From: a virus
DNA: 64,000 bases
Virus record (IMG/VR): IMGVR_UViG_3300028177_000003
Location: 1 to 64,000 of that record
Strand: one strand, 5' to 3'
A program made the translations under genes and the position numbers. Under the pieces are notes generated by a model. The model was not told the origin of the DNA. It was given only the letters and a program-made list of their open reading frames with translations, and made no database searches. This document shows, piece after piece, positions 20,110 to 29,239 of this stretch (its first letter is position 1; each line of letters starts with the position of its first letter).

Positions 20110-21276
20110 TCAGCTCCCAGGAGGCTTGAACTTAGGGTTCCGCGTCCCGCCGCCCGGCTTCGGATCCAGGTTCGCCTCCTTCTCGTCTACCTTCTTCCGC
20201 TTCACCCCTCTCGCAGAGATAGTCTCCGAAGGCAGTCGGAAAGCGTCAAGCTCCTTCCCATCTCCCGTTGTCACGGTGCCCTCGGGGGTGGCAGCTGACA
20301 AACCCCCAGTCTCCAGATCCTTCCGAGCTGATGCGCGAGCAGCGACCTGCGCGGCTACGAGTCTGTCATGCTCGATAGCCTGAGAGTCTACATCCTCCAA
20401 CTCCCCGAAGGAAGAACGAAGCTCCGGGGGAGAGGGCTGCTTGATCGGAGCGGTCGGCGGAGGAGAAGCCTTCGGAACCACGCTCTGGCGTGGAGTCGGC
20501 GTCGGAGCGGGGGTCGGGGGTTCTTCGTGCTCGAGTGGGGGAGAGGCCTGCTCCGGGGGCGCGTCGGGGTCTTCCGGTACGTCGCCCGCCGTGGACAGAG
20601 CGGCGGCCAGAACCCGGTCGGCCTGAGCCTGCTCCAAGGCCGTGTTGAGCTCCTCGTCCAGAGCCTTCCCGGCCTGTACCAATGACTTGATCTGCTGAGA
20701 GGTGACGCTGGGGTCGCCCTTCGCTCGCAAGTCTCGCTCCGAACGAATGCGCTCCAACCGAGCCTCCACGCGCTCGATCTCGGCATCCAGGTCGGCGATC
20801 GAGTCCTTCGCGATCTTGTCTGCCTTCTCCGAGATCACCGTGACCATGTCCCCGTACTTCGCGAAGCAGATGGTGATCATCGCTCGGGACCAGGAGGCGT
20901 TGATGAGGTCCCGCAGGGCTCGCTGCAAGGGGACTCGCACCGGGGTGCCGTCCTCCAGCTTCTTCCCGGTGGCCAGAGCTTTCACGTTTCGAAGATCGTT
21001 CTCTCCGACCTGAACCAGAGCGTAGCTGATGACCTCAGAACGGAACTGGTCAAAGTACCGAAGAGAAGCGGCTCGGGTGAGAGGATCGTCGTCGCCGAGT
21101 TCCTCCTCCTCTTGTGTGTCCTTGAGCACCTGGGAGGAGTACTGCTGGCATGCGATCTCTTCGCGGGGCAACAGAGGGCGAATAGTGACCTTGAGCCCCT
21201 CCACCTCGAAGGTGAACTCGTCCTGGCCGAACTTTGTCAACGGCTCGAGAACTTCTCTTAGAGACTGCAGGTCCAC
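20110..21276 (-). CDS. Tail assembly chaperone-like protein 1
   Basis: 388 aa, with an acidic N-domain, a coiled coil and a Pro-rich linker; positioned between the tube and tape measure genes. Confidence 0.45.
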   Translation of the reverse strand: MDLQSLREVLEPLTKFGQDEFTFEVEGLKVTIRPLLPREEIACQQYSSQVLKDTQEEEELGDDDPLTRAASLRYFDQFRSEVISYALVQVGENDLRNVKALATGKKLEDGTPVRVPLQRALRDLINASWSRAMITICFAKYGDMVTVISEKADKIAKDSIADLDAEIERVEARLERIRSERDLRAKGDPSVTSQQIKSLVQAGKALDEELNTALEQAQADRVLAAALSTAGDVPEDPDAPPEQASPPLEHEEPPTPAPTPTPRQSVVPKASPPPTAPIKQPSPPELRSSFGELEDVDSQAIEHDRLVAAQVAARASARKDLETGGLSAATPEGTVTTGDGKELDAFRLPSETISARGVKRKKVDEKEANLDPKPGGGTRNPKFKPPGS

Positions 21277-21424
21277 GAGGGCCTCCGATTGTGGTCTATC
21301 GTACTGAGATACAGTACCCCTGCATCACTCGTGGGTGTAGGAGCAGGCTCAATCTAACTGAGAGCGTTTTGAGCAATAGTGGGACTATACCCTCGAAGGT
21401 CTATATCCTCGGAGGATTAGCACC

Positions 21425-22177
21425 ATGGCATCAAACAGTGACCACAACCCGCAGGGTGGTGTGCAGGGTACCAGCCCACTGTACCGCTTCGGCACCTCGC
21501 CGAACACTCGGTCTGTTGTCTCCCAGAAGGTCCGCATCCTGGCCCCTGCCTACGGCGCCACGGATGTCCTCTACCAGATCGGCGTGCTCGGCCAGTTCAC
21601 CCCTCAGGAAAGCCGTCCTGTGGAAGAGGTTCGCGGCATCGGCTTCGGCGACCAGATCGCTGAGGTCGTGCCCGGCATCACCTCCGCCACGACGCTCTCC
21701 TTCGAACGTCAGCTGCTCTACCTGAGCACTCTCTGGCAGTCCTCCGGCTACGCAGGCGGCGTGTCTGGTCCCATGCGGTCGCTGAAGCACCACCGCTGGC
21801 CCTTCGACATTCGCCAGGAGATCGTCTTCTCGGTCATCGCCGACTACGAGTTCTCCGGCGGCGCCAACATCCAGGCAGGCGGAGACTTCACGGGCGGCGT
21901 CAGCGCGCTGACCTACTCGCAGAACCTCGGAGGATCGAGTGTGGATGCAACCGAGGGCACCCACAACATCCTGGTGACGTTCTACGAGGCTTGCTGGTGG
22001 ACGAGCGGCGGCAACTCCGGCTTCATGAAGGAGTCGGCCCTGGTGTCCGAGAGCGGGGAAGCAACCGCTACTGACATCCACGATGCCTCTACGACCTACG
22101 GAGAATTCATCGCAACGGGGAACGACGGCAGCATCGGCCAATTGGGTTCCGTGGCCTTTGGCAACACTTTCGGGTAG
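21425..22177 (+). CDS. Tail tube protein
   Basis: Strong RBS GGAGG; IGVLGQFTPQESRPVEEVRGIG...EVVPG...PFDIRQE...TFYEACW pattern of contractile-tail tube proteins; strongly biased codon usage. Confidence 0.7.
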   Translation: MASNSDHNPQGGVQGTSPLYRFGTSPNTRSVVSQKVRILAPAYGATDVLYQIGVLGQFTPQESRPVEEVRGIGFGDQIAEVVPGITSATTLSFERQLLYLSTLWQSSGYAGGVSGPMRSLKHHRWPFDIRQEIVFSVIADYEFSGGANIQAGGDFTGGVSALTYSQNLGGSSVDATEGTHNILVTFYEACWWTSGGNSGFMKESALVSESGEATATDIHDASTTYGEFIATGNDGSIGQLGSVAFGNTFG

Positions 22178-22189
22178 GATAGCCCGAGC

Positions 22190-22223
22190 GACCCGTAGAA
22201 GCGCGCCAACGCTCCTACGGGTC
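22190..22223 (+). terminator. Stem-loop downstream of the tail tube gene
   Basis: GACCCGTAG...CTACGGGTC 9-bp stem with additional AGCG/CGCT pairing; no strong U-tract. Confidence 0.45.
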
Positions 22224-22251
22224 TGACACCCCCAACCCCTCCTACAAGAGG

Positions 22252-23187
22252 TTGAACATGCTGCTTCCCTATACCCCACCCCCTGGTGGGGGGCTCTACA
22301 TCATCTGGCTCTCCGACACGCACTACTACGGAGGCCGAACAAAGAGCTTTGCAGATCGATGGGGGCAGCACCTGGCTGAGCTACAGCGGGGCTCGCACGG
22401 TAACCCTCGCATGCAGAACGTCTGGAACAAATACAGACGGTTCGAGCCGCAGGCCCTCAAGACGTGCGCGACCCGCGAAGACCGAGTCGCGTTTGAGCAA
22501 GCGTGGCTGGATAAACACTTCTGCAAGCCCGACTGCGTGAATCTGGCTAACCACGCCCACGGGGGTGCCTTCACAGACTGGACTCCCGAGATGCTTCAAC
22601 GCATGTCCGAGGCCCAGACAGGCAAGGTTCGTTCAAAGGCCTCGATCCGCAAACAGGTCGAGTCCTGGCGCCAGAACCCAGAAAATGCTGAAAAGGCCCG
22701 ACGGCAGATCCGCACGGCTTCGAAGTGCATCACCCCTGAGGGCAGGGCGCGTGCCGGCGAGGCCACCCGCCAGCGCCTTACAGGGGTCAAACAGTCCCCC
22801 GAGACCATCGAAAAGCGCCGAAAGAAGCACATCGGCAGAAAGAACACGCCAGAGACGAAGCGGAAGATGAGCGAGTCGGCGAAGAAGCGAGCAGTAGCCC
22901 AGCCTACTCAGCACGGCTCTGAAACCCGAGCGAAGATCTCAGCCCAGCAGAAGGGGCGCGTCTGGATCAACAACGGCGAGAGGAACCGCCGAGTGTTCCC
23001 CTCCGACATCCCCGCTGAGGGCGGTTGGGTCAGAGGGAAGCTGGGAGCTTGCGGGACAGGCTTGTGGGTCCACCGCTACCAGGGAGAGGAGATCGAGCGC
23101 CTCCGGGTCCCCCACGACATGCTTAGGACCAGGCTCGCCGAGGGTTGGGTCAGAGGGACTGGTCCTCAGGTCAGAAGCCGAGTCTGA
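22252..23187 (+). CDS. GIY-YIG homing endonuclease with NUMOD3-like repeats
   Basis: GLYIIW...YYGGRT...RWGQH, later E and N (FEQAWLD...VNL); repeats of the SPETIEKRR, TPETKRKMSES and SETRAKISA type; C-terminal GWVRG repeats. Confidence 0.8.
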   Translation: MNMLLPYTPPPGGGLYIIWLSDTHYYGGRTKSFADRWGQHLAELQRGSHGNPRMQNVWNKYRRFEPQALKTCATREDRVAFEQAWLDKHFCKPDCVNLANHAHGGAFTDWTPEMLQRMSEAQTGKVRSKASIRKQVESWRQNPENAEKARRQIRTASKCITPEGRARAGEATRQRLTGVKQSPETIEKRRKKHIGRKNTPETKRKMSESAKKRAVAQPTQHGSETRAKISAQQKGRVWINNGERNRRVFPSDIPAEGGWVRGKLGACGTGLWVHRYQGEEIERLRVPHDMLRTRLAEGWVRGTGPQVRSRV

Positions 23188-23797
23188 CCGCCAACCAGGC
23201 CATGCCCATGAGACCGGAGTGGTAGCGGTGGAAGTGGCCCGCCTGTAGGTCAATCCCCAAGAGTCGACTGAGTGTCTCTCGGTAGGACTCGAAGTCCTCT
23301 GCGGAGGACCGGCCTGGACAGATGTTGACGACGAGTAGGAAGTCGCCGAGTCGAGCCTGTTGCCGGCGTGCGAATGCCGCCACGGGGCCCAGGAGCGCTT
23401 CCAGGTTCTTCCGGCGCACCACGTACTCACTGTCGAAGACGAGGACTCCTACGTCCCGGAAGAGGTCTTCTTGGAGAAGCAGTGTCTCGAGACGCCCTTG
23501 GCGGAACTCAGTAGGGGCGTCCGCGTACAGGACCTCGCACCCAGCCACGACTTCAGGATCAAGATCGACCCCGTGGAAGATCGGACCGTCTGGGGTGATC
23601 GCTCCTTCTCGGAGAAGGAGGTCGAGCGTCGGAGCGCCCTTGCCAGCCAGTTCGAGCCACCCGAACCTGAGCTTCCCAGTCGTTCGGGAGCAGAGGATGG
23701 GACTCTCTTGGGCGTGCTCGAGAGCCATACGCCGGGTCGATTCCTTGGCGTCGAAACCCTCTGCGGAGAGGCCTGCTCGGGTGAAGTCGGTCTTCAT
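23171..23797 (-). CDS. Class I SAM-dependent methyltransferase-like protein
   Basis: Rossmann-like motifs WLELAGKGA (I), FHGVDLD (II), FRQGRL and LVFDS; ATGA overlap with the helicase stop. Confidence 0.5.
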   Translation of the reverse strand: MKTDFTRAGLSAEGFDAKESTRRMALEHAQESPILCSRTTGKLRFGWLELAGKGAPTLDLLLREGAITPDGPIFHGVDLDPEVVAGCEVLYADAPTEFRQGRLETLLLQEDLFRDVGVLVFDSEYVVRRKNLEALLGPVAAFARRQQARLGDFLLVVNICPGRSSAEDFESYRETLSRLLGIDLQAGHFHRYHSGLMGMAWLAVRLGF

Positions 23798-26466
23798 AGA
23801 CCCGCCTCGGTGAGCAGCTTGGCAAGGGTAGTTCCTCCCGGAAGACCTCTAAGACCCTTGCCCAATGCACCGTTCGCAGCTTGCCAAGTGATGGGGAAGC
23901 CGAAGTAGGCGGAAGCATCCCCCGACTTTTTGTTGGGTCGCGTGCCTCCGTGATCCGAAGCGTATTCCTTGGCAGCTTCAATAATCCGAAGTTCCGACAA
24001 AGGGGCGGACGTAGATCGGGGCCCTCGTGGAACCCCTGCCTCATCAAGAAGGCGTCCCAAAGAAGTCCCTCCGGGGAGTCCCCGGTGCCCTCTTCTACAA
24101 GAAGAGTCTACGGCAACCCAGGTAATGGGGAAGCCGAAGTAGGCGGAAGCATCCCCAGACGCAGCCGAGGGTCGCGTGCCTCCGTGGTCCGAGGCATAGG
24201 CCCTCGCATGAGCAACGATCTGAGCGTTGTTCAGCTCCCCCCGACCGCCCCGAAGGAACCCTGACAGAGTCTCCCCCCCAGGGCAACCCCTACGCCCCTC
24301 GGATAGACATTGGTTGACTATCTTCCAAGAGACGGGAAAGCCGAAATACTCGGTTGTACCCCCGTCGTAGTAGGTGGGCCACCTTCCGTGCACCGCCCGA
24401 AACTTGTTCGCAGCCTCTGAAATGATTTGAGGCGAAAGTTCGTGCGAGGCATCCCACAGCCTCTTCAACGAAGACCCTCCGGGGAGAGAGCGATACCCAT
24501 TTGAGAGGGCTGAGTCTACGTCGCGCCATGTAATGGGGAAACCGAAGTAGGAGGAAGCGTCTCCCAAACCGACATGAGGCCATCTCCCCCAGTCAGAAGC
24601 ATAGAGATCCATCGCGGTGATGATCACCCCCCTACTGAGTAAATGGCGGCGACCCAGCCTATCCGCCACCTCCTGCGCGTCCGCTCCGGTCATCTCTGTG
24701 TAGAAGGTGTTCAGGACACCGTCGAGGACGGCCACGGTCCGGTCGGAGTAGTCAGCGATGACCGCCCGAAAGATCTCGACGAGGTCCTCGCGCACGGGGT
24801 TCTTGGGCAGCTTCTTGAGCTGAGCTGTGATCCGGTCTTCGAGGGCCTGGTCGCCACCCCCGACACGCTCGAGGAGGATCTGGAGGACGGCTTGCTTCTC
24901 GAGGCTGCTGAGGTTCTTGACCTCGAGCACCTTCACGATCTCGCTGACCGTTGAGGGGATCCCTGACTTCCGAAGCCGAGCCTCGACCAGGGCGATCTCC
25001 TTCAGCATGTGCTGTCGGATGTGGTCTGGGACGACAGCCAGCTGCCGCTCGCGCAAATCCTGAAGGTCATCCTGGTCGGGGTCGTCCAAGGGGACTTTGG
25101 GGCGGCGAGACCACGCACGTTCCCACCGGATCCGGTAGGCAGCCCCGAAGGTCTTGCCCACCTCCCAGTCTGCCAGGAAGCAGGCCAGCAGGAAGGCGTG
25201 GTCGTGGTGCTGGCGCTCGTACTGCTCGAGAAGATCTTGGGTGACCCGAGAGACCAGGAACGTGAGGGTCGCCTGGTCCCGGTACTCTTCGGGATAGTCC
25301 GAGATCCCAGCCTTCGAGCGGAGGGCTCGACCCAGGCGCTGGACGATGAGCCTCATCGAGGCGGGGATGTTGCAGATGTAGACCTGAGAGCAGAGAGGCC
25401 AGTCAACGCCCTCGTCAAACCGGCGACACGCGATGATCACATCGACTTGCGAGTCCTCGTAGCGGGTGACGGCCCGTTCCTGCTCGAGGGCAGCGTTGAG
25501 GGTCTCCTTGATAGAGGGGGTGTCCCCCACGGCGTTCAAGACTCGGACCCCTGGTGACAGCTGTTCCAGGACCTCCTTCAAGGCATCCGCGAACTCAGCG
25601 GACCCCTTGGAGGGGACGTTGATGATCGCCTTTTGCTGTCCGTCGGCAACCCACCGTGTTGCGATCTCAACGAGGGATGAGCCCAGGTCCTTCGGCAACA
25701 CGTTGCCCGACATCTCCTCGGTGGACTCTGCAGTCGATGTCAGTATGTGGGACTCGACGCGAAGGTTGCGGGGAGCCCACCCAGAGTTCATGTGCTCAGC
25801 CAGAGTCCTCGTGTAGACCCTTGCGTAGTTCAGATAGACCTGGGCCCCATCCGTGCGGTACGGGGTCGCCGTCAAGAGGATAGCTGTGCCCATCCTGTCC
25901 ATCCAGGCCTTCAAGAAGACCGACAGCTCGTTCAGGGGTCGCCCTTCCTTATCAAACATGAGGTGGTGCGCCTCGTCAATGACCAGGATCCGCTCACAAA
26001 GATCTTCCGGAAGGGCTTCAATGTCCCACGACGTCAGCTGGGAGTGCGTTGTGGGGAGGAAGGGGCGGGAGGAGGAGCCGGACAGGGCAGTATCGAAATG
26101 CCCTCGTTTATCCCCGGTCTCGCGGAGGTCTTCCATGAACCAGGTGGGGTCGATGACGCAGCAAGAGTCCGAGGCGACCCCCGGCTCCATTGGGCGGAAC
26201 ACGTTCATCAGGTGGGTCGGGCGGAAGCCCTCCTCGATTGCGATGAACGGGGTGGCGATGACGGCACCAGGGAAGTGGTGTCGCAGCTTTGCCAGGGTGT
26301 ACTGAGTGGTGAGCGTTTTTCCCGAGCCCGTGGGCATGGCCAGAACCACGAGATCTTGCCCGTCCATGATCTCGGAGATGCAGAACTTCGCTGCATCATC
26401 CTGGTAGTCTCGGAGAACCCGTGTCTCTACGTTCTCTACGTGTGGGCGAGGCTGAAGACTGACCAT
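23794..26466 (-). CDS. SF2 DEAH (ResIII-like) helicase with four C-terminal repeats
   Basis: LRDYQ, MPTGSGKT, IDEAHH, LTATP, FDEGVDWP and QRLGRALR motifs; four repeats containing YFGFP(I/V)(T/S)W...PGG. Confidence 0.85.
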   Translation of the reverse strand: MVSLQPRPHVENVETRVLRDYQDDAAKFCISEIMDGQDLVVLAMPTGSGKTLTTQYTLAKLRHHFPGAVIATPFIAIEEGFRPTHLMNVFRPMEPGVASDSCCVIDPTWFMEDLRETGDKRGHFDTALSGSSSRPFLPTTHSQLTSWDIEALPEDLCERILVIDEAHHLMFDKEGRPLNELSVFLKAWMDRMGTAILLTATPYRTDGAQVYLNYARVYTRTLAEHMNSGWAPRNLRVESHILTSTAESTEEMSGNVLPKDLGSSLVEIATRWVADGQQKAIINVPSKGSAEFADALKEVLEQLSPGVRVLNAVGDTPSIKETLNAALEQERAVTRYEDSQVDVIIACRRFDEGVDWPLCSQVYICNIPASMRLIVQRLGRALRSKAGISDYPEEYRDQATLTFLVSRVTQDLLEQYERQHHDHAFLLACFLADWEVGKTFGAAYRIRWERAWSRRPKVPLDDPDQDDLQDLRERQLAVVPDHIRQHMLKEIALVEARLRKSGIPSTVSEIVKVLEVKNLSSLEKQAVLQILLERVGGGDQALEDRITAQLKKLPKNPVREDLVEIFRAVIADYSDRTVAVLDGVLNTFYTEMTGADAQEVADRLGRRHLLSRGVIITAMDLYASDWGRWPHVGLGDASSYFGFPITWRDVDSALSNGYRSLPGGSSLKRLWDASHELSPQIISEAANKFRAVHGRWPTYYDGGTTEYFGFPVSWKIVNQCLSEGRRGCPGGETLSGFLRGGRGELNNAQIVAHARAYASDHGGTRPSAASGDASAYFGFPITWVAVDSSCRRGHRGLPGGTSLGRLLDEAGVPRGPRSTSAPLSELRIIEAAKEYASDHGGTRPNKKSGDASAYFGFPITWQAANGALGKGLRGLPGGTTLAKLLTEAGL
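23800..24640 (-). repeat. Four ~68-78 aa coding repeats in the helicase C-terminus
   Basis: GDASSYFGFPITW..LPGGSSL, GGTTEYFGFPVSW..CPGGETL, GDASAYFGFPITW..LPGGTSL and GDASAYFGFPITW..LPGGTTL; DNA gggaagccgaagtaggcggaagcatcccc is identical at ~23894 and ~24128. Confidence 0.9.
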
Positions 26467-26487
26467 ATACGAGTCCCTCCACCCACA

Positions 26488-26515
26488 TTACGCCTCGGGC
26501 TGTGGCGGGGAACCC
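26488..26515 (-). promoter_or_regulatory. Phage bipartite promoter motif upstream of the helicase
   Basis: GGGTTCCC-N13-GGCGTAA, 21 nt before ATG 26466. Confidence 0.7.
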
Positions 26516-26622
26516 TCCTGGTCGCAGAAGAGCGCGTGCTCACCCCCGGCAGGGGCTCGGGTCATCGGCCAGCTTGGCAGTGTAGCCTTCGGCAACACCT
26601 TCGGCTGATCCGAGGGTAGGGT

Positions 26623-27000
26623 CTAACCGAGCGGCTCGCCGGACTGCTGGGGCCCGTCGAGGGTCTCGAGGAAAGCCATCGCCTCCGCGATTACGTCGTC
26701 TGCCTCGGTGCCTTCTTCCGTGGTCTGCGCATAGGCCAGCTGGTAGAGTTCTCGGTTCCCTGCGTGGCGGATACTGATCACGTGCCGCCCCCGCTTGTCT
26801 GACAAAACAAGCGGCATCGCACCCGGACCTTCGGAAATAGAGACCCGTCCTTCCCCGAGAGTAGTCCACAGCAAGGGGGGCAGGCGAGGCCGGAATTGTA
26901 TGTTCCACCTCAGGTGGCCTTTTCGAGTAGCCTCCAGCACGGCGACGGCCAGGGCATCCTGCTTCTCCAGAAGGGCGCGGGCTTGTGCGAGTGAACTCAT
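26623..27000 (-). CDS. Hypothetical protein
   Basis: 125-aa ORF; ATGA overlap with the upstream gene. Confidence 0.6.
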   Translation of the reverse strand: MSSLAQARALLEKQDALAVAVLEATRKGHLRWNIQFRPRLPPLLWTTLGEGRVSISEGPGAMPLVLSDKRGRHVISIRHAGNRELYQLAYAQTTEEGTEADDVIAEAMAFLETLDGPQQSGEPLG

Positions 27001-27257
27001 TTCGGCTCCTGATCGGGGTAGACCTTCCGAACCACCCTGGACTCAGGTTCTGGCGGCGGGAGTGCGGGTGGCCTCTTGATCTTCCCCGCCTCGTAGAGGG
27101 CCTGCTCGCCCAGCACGTAGACCCCGAAGACGGGAACCAGGCCCAGCATCATGAGACCCATCTGGGTAATGGCACTGCGGTCCTTCTTCAGGACCTGGGC
27201 GTAGAGGGCGGTGTGCATGACCACATACACAACCAAGAAGAGCCACATGCTGCTCAT
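26997..27257 (-). CDS. Small membrane protein
   Basis: Two hydrophobic helices; RBS AAGGAG. Confidence 0.6.
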   Translation of the reverse strand: MSSMWLFLVVYVVMHTALYAQVLKKDRSAITQMGLMMLGLVPVFGVYVLGEQALYEAGKIKRPPALPPPEPESRVVRKVYPDQEPK

Positions 27258-27266
27258 TTCGGCTCC

Positions 27267-27647
27267 TTAGAAGAATGCTTTCCAGCCCTGGTTGTTCGCC
27301 TTGAGGCCGAGCGGCTTGAGGGCCCTGGCGATCTCGGCGTAGAGCGCGTGCTCGTCGGGGCTGGCGTTCACCATACCGTGGCGGTCGTAGCAGACGAACA
27401 CGTAGTCGACGACCGCGTCGTTCCACTCGGACTTGGAGATCTCCTCGTGGCGCATCCCGCAGAGGGAGATGTTGCTCGTCTTCCGCGACCAGTGGTCCTC
27501 GGGGTCGTAGTCCGGGTTGTCCCGCTTGACCGTGACCTCGATGGTGTCGTGGTCCCCGCCAGGATACTCGCCGACCAGAAGCACGTGTCGCTCGTCGAGG
27601 GTTGCACGCAGGACCTCGACCACCTTGTTAGTTTCCCAGCGCATCAC
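27267..27647 (-). CDS. Hypothetical protein
   Basis: 126 aa; overlapping-gene chain; RBS GGAGG. Confidence 0.6.
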   Translation of the reverse strand: MMRWETNKVVEVLRATLDERHVLLVGEYPGGDHDTIEVTVKRDNPDYDPEDHWSRKTSNISLCGMRHEEISKSEWNDAVVDYVFVCYDRHGMVNASPDEHALYAEIARALKPLGLKANNQGWKAFF

Positions 27648-28027
27648 TCATCCTCCGCGTGGGTCAGAACCTTGACGGCCTGCTCGCAGGTCTCGCGGGC
27701 ACGCACCTTCTTCCGAGCGAGGGACTCCGCCATCTCGGGAGCACCCTCGGGAAGGTTCTCCCAGGCACCCTGGATGATATGCAGAGCAATCACCATCTTG
27801 GTGAGGTCGTGGAAGGTCAGGCCTGCTCGAAGCCGAGGACCCAAGACCGTTCCGGCCGAACCCAGGAAGGCGTCCTTCATCTGGCGGGACCAGGTCGAAC
27901 CCATCTGGGCCGACATCCAGTCCTTCACGCAGGCAGGGGGGTCGTCGATGATGTGGCCCAGCTCGAACGCCGAAGCAACCAGCTCAGCCTCATGGGCGAT
28001 CAGGGTGTAGCGGGTGATAGCGATCAT
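27644..28027 (-). CDS. Hypothetical protein
   Basis: 127 aa; ATGA overlap. Confidence 0.6.
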   Translation of the reverse strand: MIAITRYTLIAHEAELVASAFELGHIIDDPPACVKDWMSAQMGSTWSRQMKDAFLGSAGTVLGPRLRAGLTFHDLTKMVIALHIIQGAWENLPEGAPEMAESLARKKVRARETCEQAVKVLTHAEDE

Positions 28028-28353
28028 CCGCTTTCCAAGGACGACTTCATCTCGTCCAGCAGGGGGATGGCGCGAGTCATGGCCGCCAGGACTTCCCGGG
28101 GGTCGGTGACCTCAGTGGAGTGGCCCGTGAACCGTTCGCTGCGCTTGAACACGCCCACCCGAGGCGATCGCATGGTCCCGTGCGGGGACACTTCCTTGCT
28201 GAAGCAGACCACGGTGTCGTTTCCGACCTCGAGGTTGTAGGGGAACTCCAGCGCCCCCTTGCGGGCCATGGAGTAGACGCGGGTGACGAGCACCGGCTCG
28301 GCAACCTCGGGGACCTCGACGGCTTCCACGGGGAGGGCAGGATCGGCAGACAT
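28024..28353 (-). CDS. Hypothetical protein
   Basis: Likely start MSADPALP at 28353 with RBS AAGGAG, downstream of the promoter motif. Confidence 0.6.
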   Translation of the reverse strand: MSADPALPVEAVEVPEVAEPVLVTRVYSMARKGALEFPYNLEVGNDTVVCFSKEVSPHGTMRSPRVGVFKRSERFTGHSTEVTDPREVLAAMTRAIPLLDEMKSSLESG

Positions 28354-28373
28354 GGTAGACTCCTTCGCTTCTC

Positions 28374-28401
28374 TTACGTCGGGAAGCCAGCCAGGGAAGC
28401 T
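28374..28401 (-). promoter_or_regulatory. Phage bipartite promoter motif
   Basis: AGCTTCCC-N13-GACGTAA, 20 nt before ATG 28353. Confidence 0.7.
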
Positions 28402-29200
28402 ACTGGGCCACCTGGGGCTCTGCGCCTTCAAAGACCACGTCAGCTCGGTTCACCACCTGCATGAACGGGGGCATCGGGCAGACCTCGATGCTGGAACGAG
28501 TCACCACCAGGTCGGGGTTCCGACGTGCATCGTGTCTCTCGGGAAGTCCCTCAAGTTCAGCCGGGGTCAGTGTCCGCTCAACCACGACCCTTCGCAAGAA
28601 CGAACCACGCTTGAAGAAGGCAGGATAGTCGTTCCAGTTGACGCCGACTGCGTGCAGCATGTCCTGCATCTCGGAGCCAGTCTTCTTGTGCATCTGCTTG
28701 TGCGAGTAGTAGTGGCGGGTCGCCATAGAGATGGAGTTCTTGGTGGCGTCCAGCTCTCTCCATAGCAATGCGTTGACAGCCTCTTCACGGCTGGGCACTA
28801 CCCAGGCCCGACTGTCGAAAACAGCCAGCTTGCCCGCCTTCTCCGGGATCGCCTGGAGGACGGCAGCGTTGAAGAACGCAGTCGCCTGGGAGGCAGTGAT
28901 ACTGACCAGCTTCTGCAGCTTCCCTCCGAGCCACGGTTCGGAGTTTGGGCCGTGCGGCGCCAGGACCAGAGTGATCTCATCGCTCTGGGTGTACCCGATG
29001 CACGCGCCAGTCTCCTTGACCAGGTGGCGTGTGGTCTCAACCATCAGGTCCGAGAGACGGGAATCGTAGGGACGCTCCAGCCCTCGCGTCCACTTGCTGA
29101 AGGTCTTGCCGTCCAGTCGGATGACAACAGGCAGTCCTGGCAAGGCGGTGCGCCCTGCTTCGGCCCTCTCGTACATCTTCATCCGGTCGCCGAGTTTCAT
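28400..29200 (-). CDS. thg1: tRNA(His) guanylyltransferase Thg1-like protein (3'-5' polymerase)
   Basis: GDRMKMYE, VIRLDGKTFSKWT, YTQSDEITL, FDSR, WRELDATKNSI and GVNWNDYP..FKRG are Thg1 family signatures. Confidence 0.92.
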   Translation of the reverse strand: MKLGDRMKMYERAEAGRTALPGLPVVIRLDGKTFSKWTRGLERPYDSRLSDLMVETTRHLVKETGACIGYTQSDEITLVLAPHGPNSEPWLGGKLQKLVSITASQATAFFNAAVLQAIPEKAGKLAVFDSRAWVVPSREEAVNALLWRELDATKNSISMATRHYYSHKQMHKKTGSEMQDMLHAVGVNWNDYPAFFKRGSFLRRVVVERTLTPAELEGLPERHDARRNPDLVVTRSSIEVCPMPPFMQVVNRADVVFEGAEPQVAQ

Positions 29201-29239
29201 GCGGTTCCTCCAGTTTCAGAGTTACCGCTGCTCGGACTC

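Noticed and set aside
1-22177. Bacterial contractile injection system or tailocin rather than a phage
   Set aside because: The surrounding ligase, sigma, endolysin, neck-like genes, dense small ORFs and absence of ordinary host operons indicate a large phage genome.
22178-23187. Group I intron housing the GIY-YIG ORF
   Set aside because: The tube gene appears complete, no downstream exon exists, and no intron core elements were recognised.
23800-24640. Diversity-generating retroelement TR/VR pair in the helicase repeats or the 45.8/46.5 kb repeats
   Set aside because: No reverse transcriptase is in the window and the differences are not adenine-specific.
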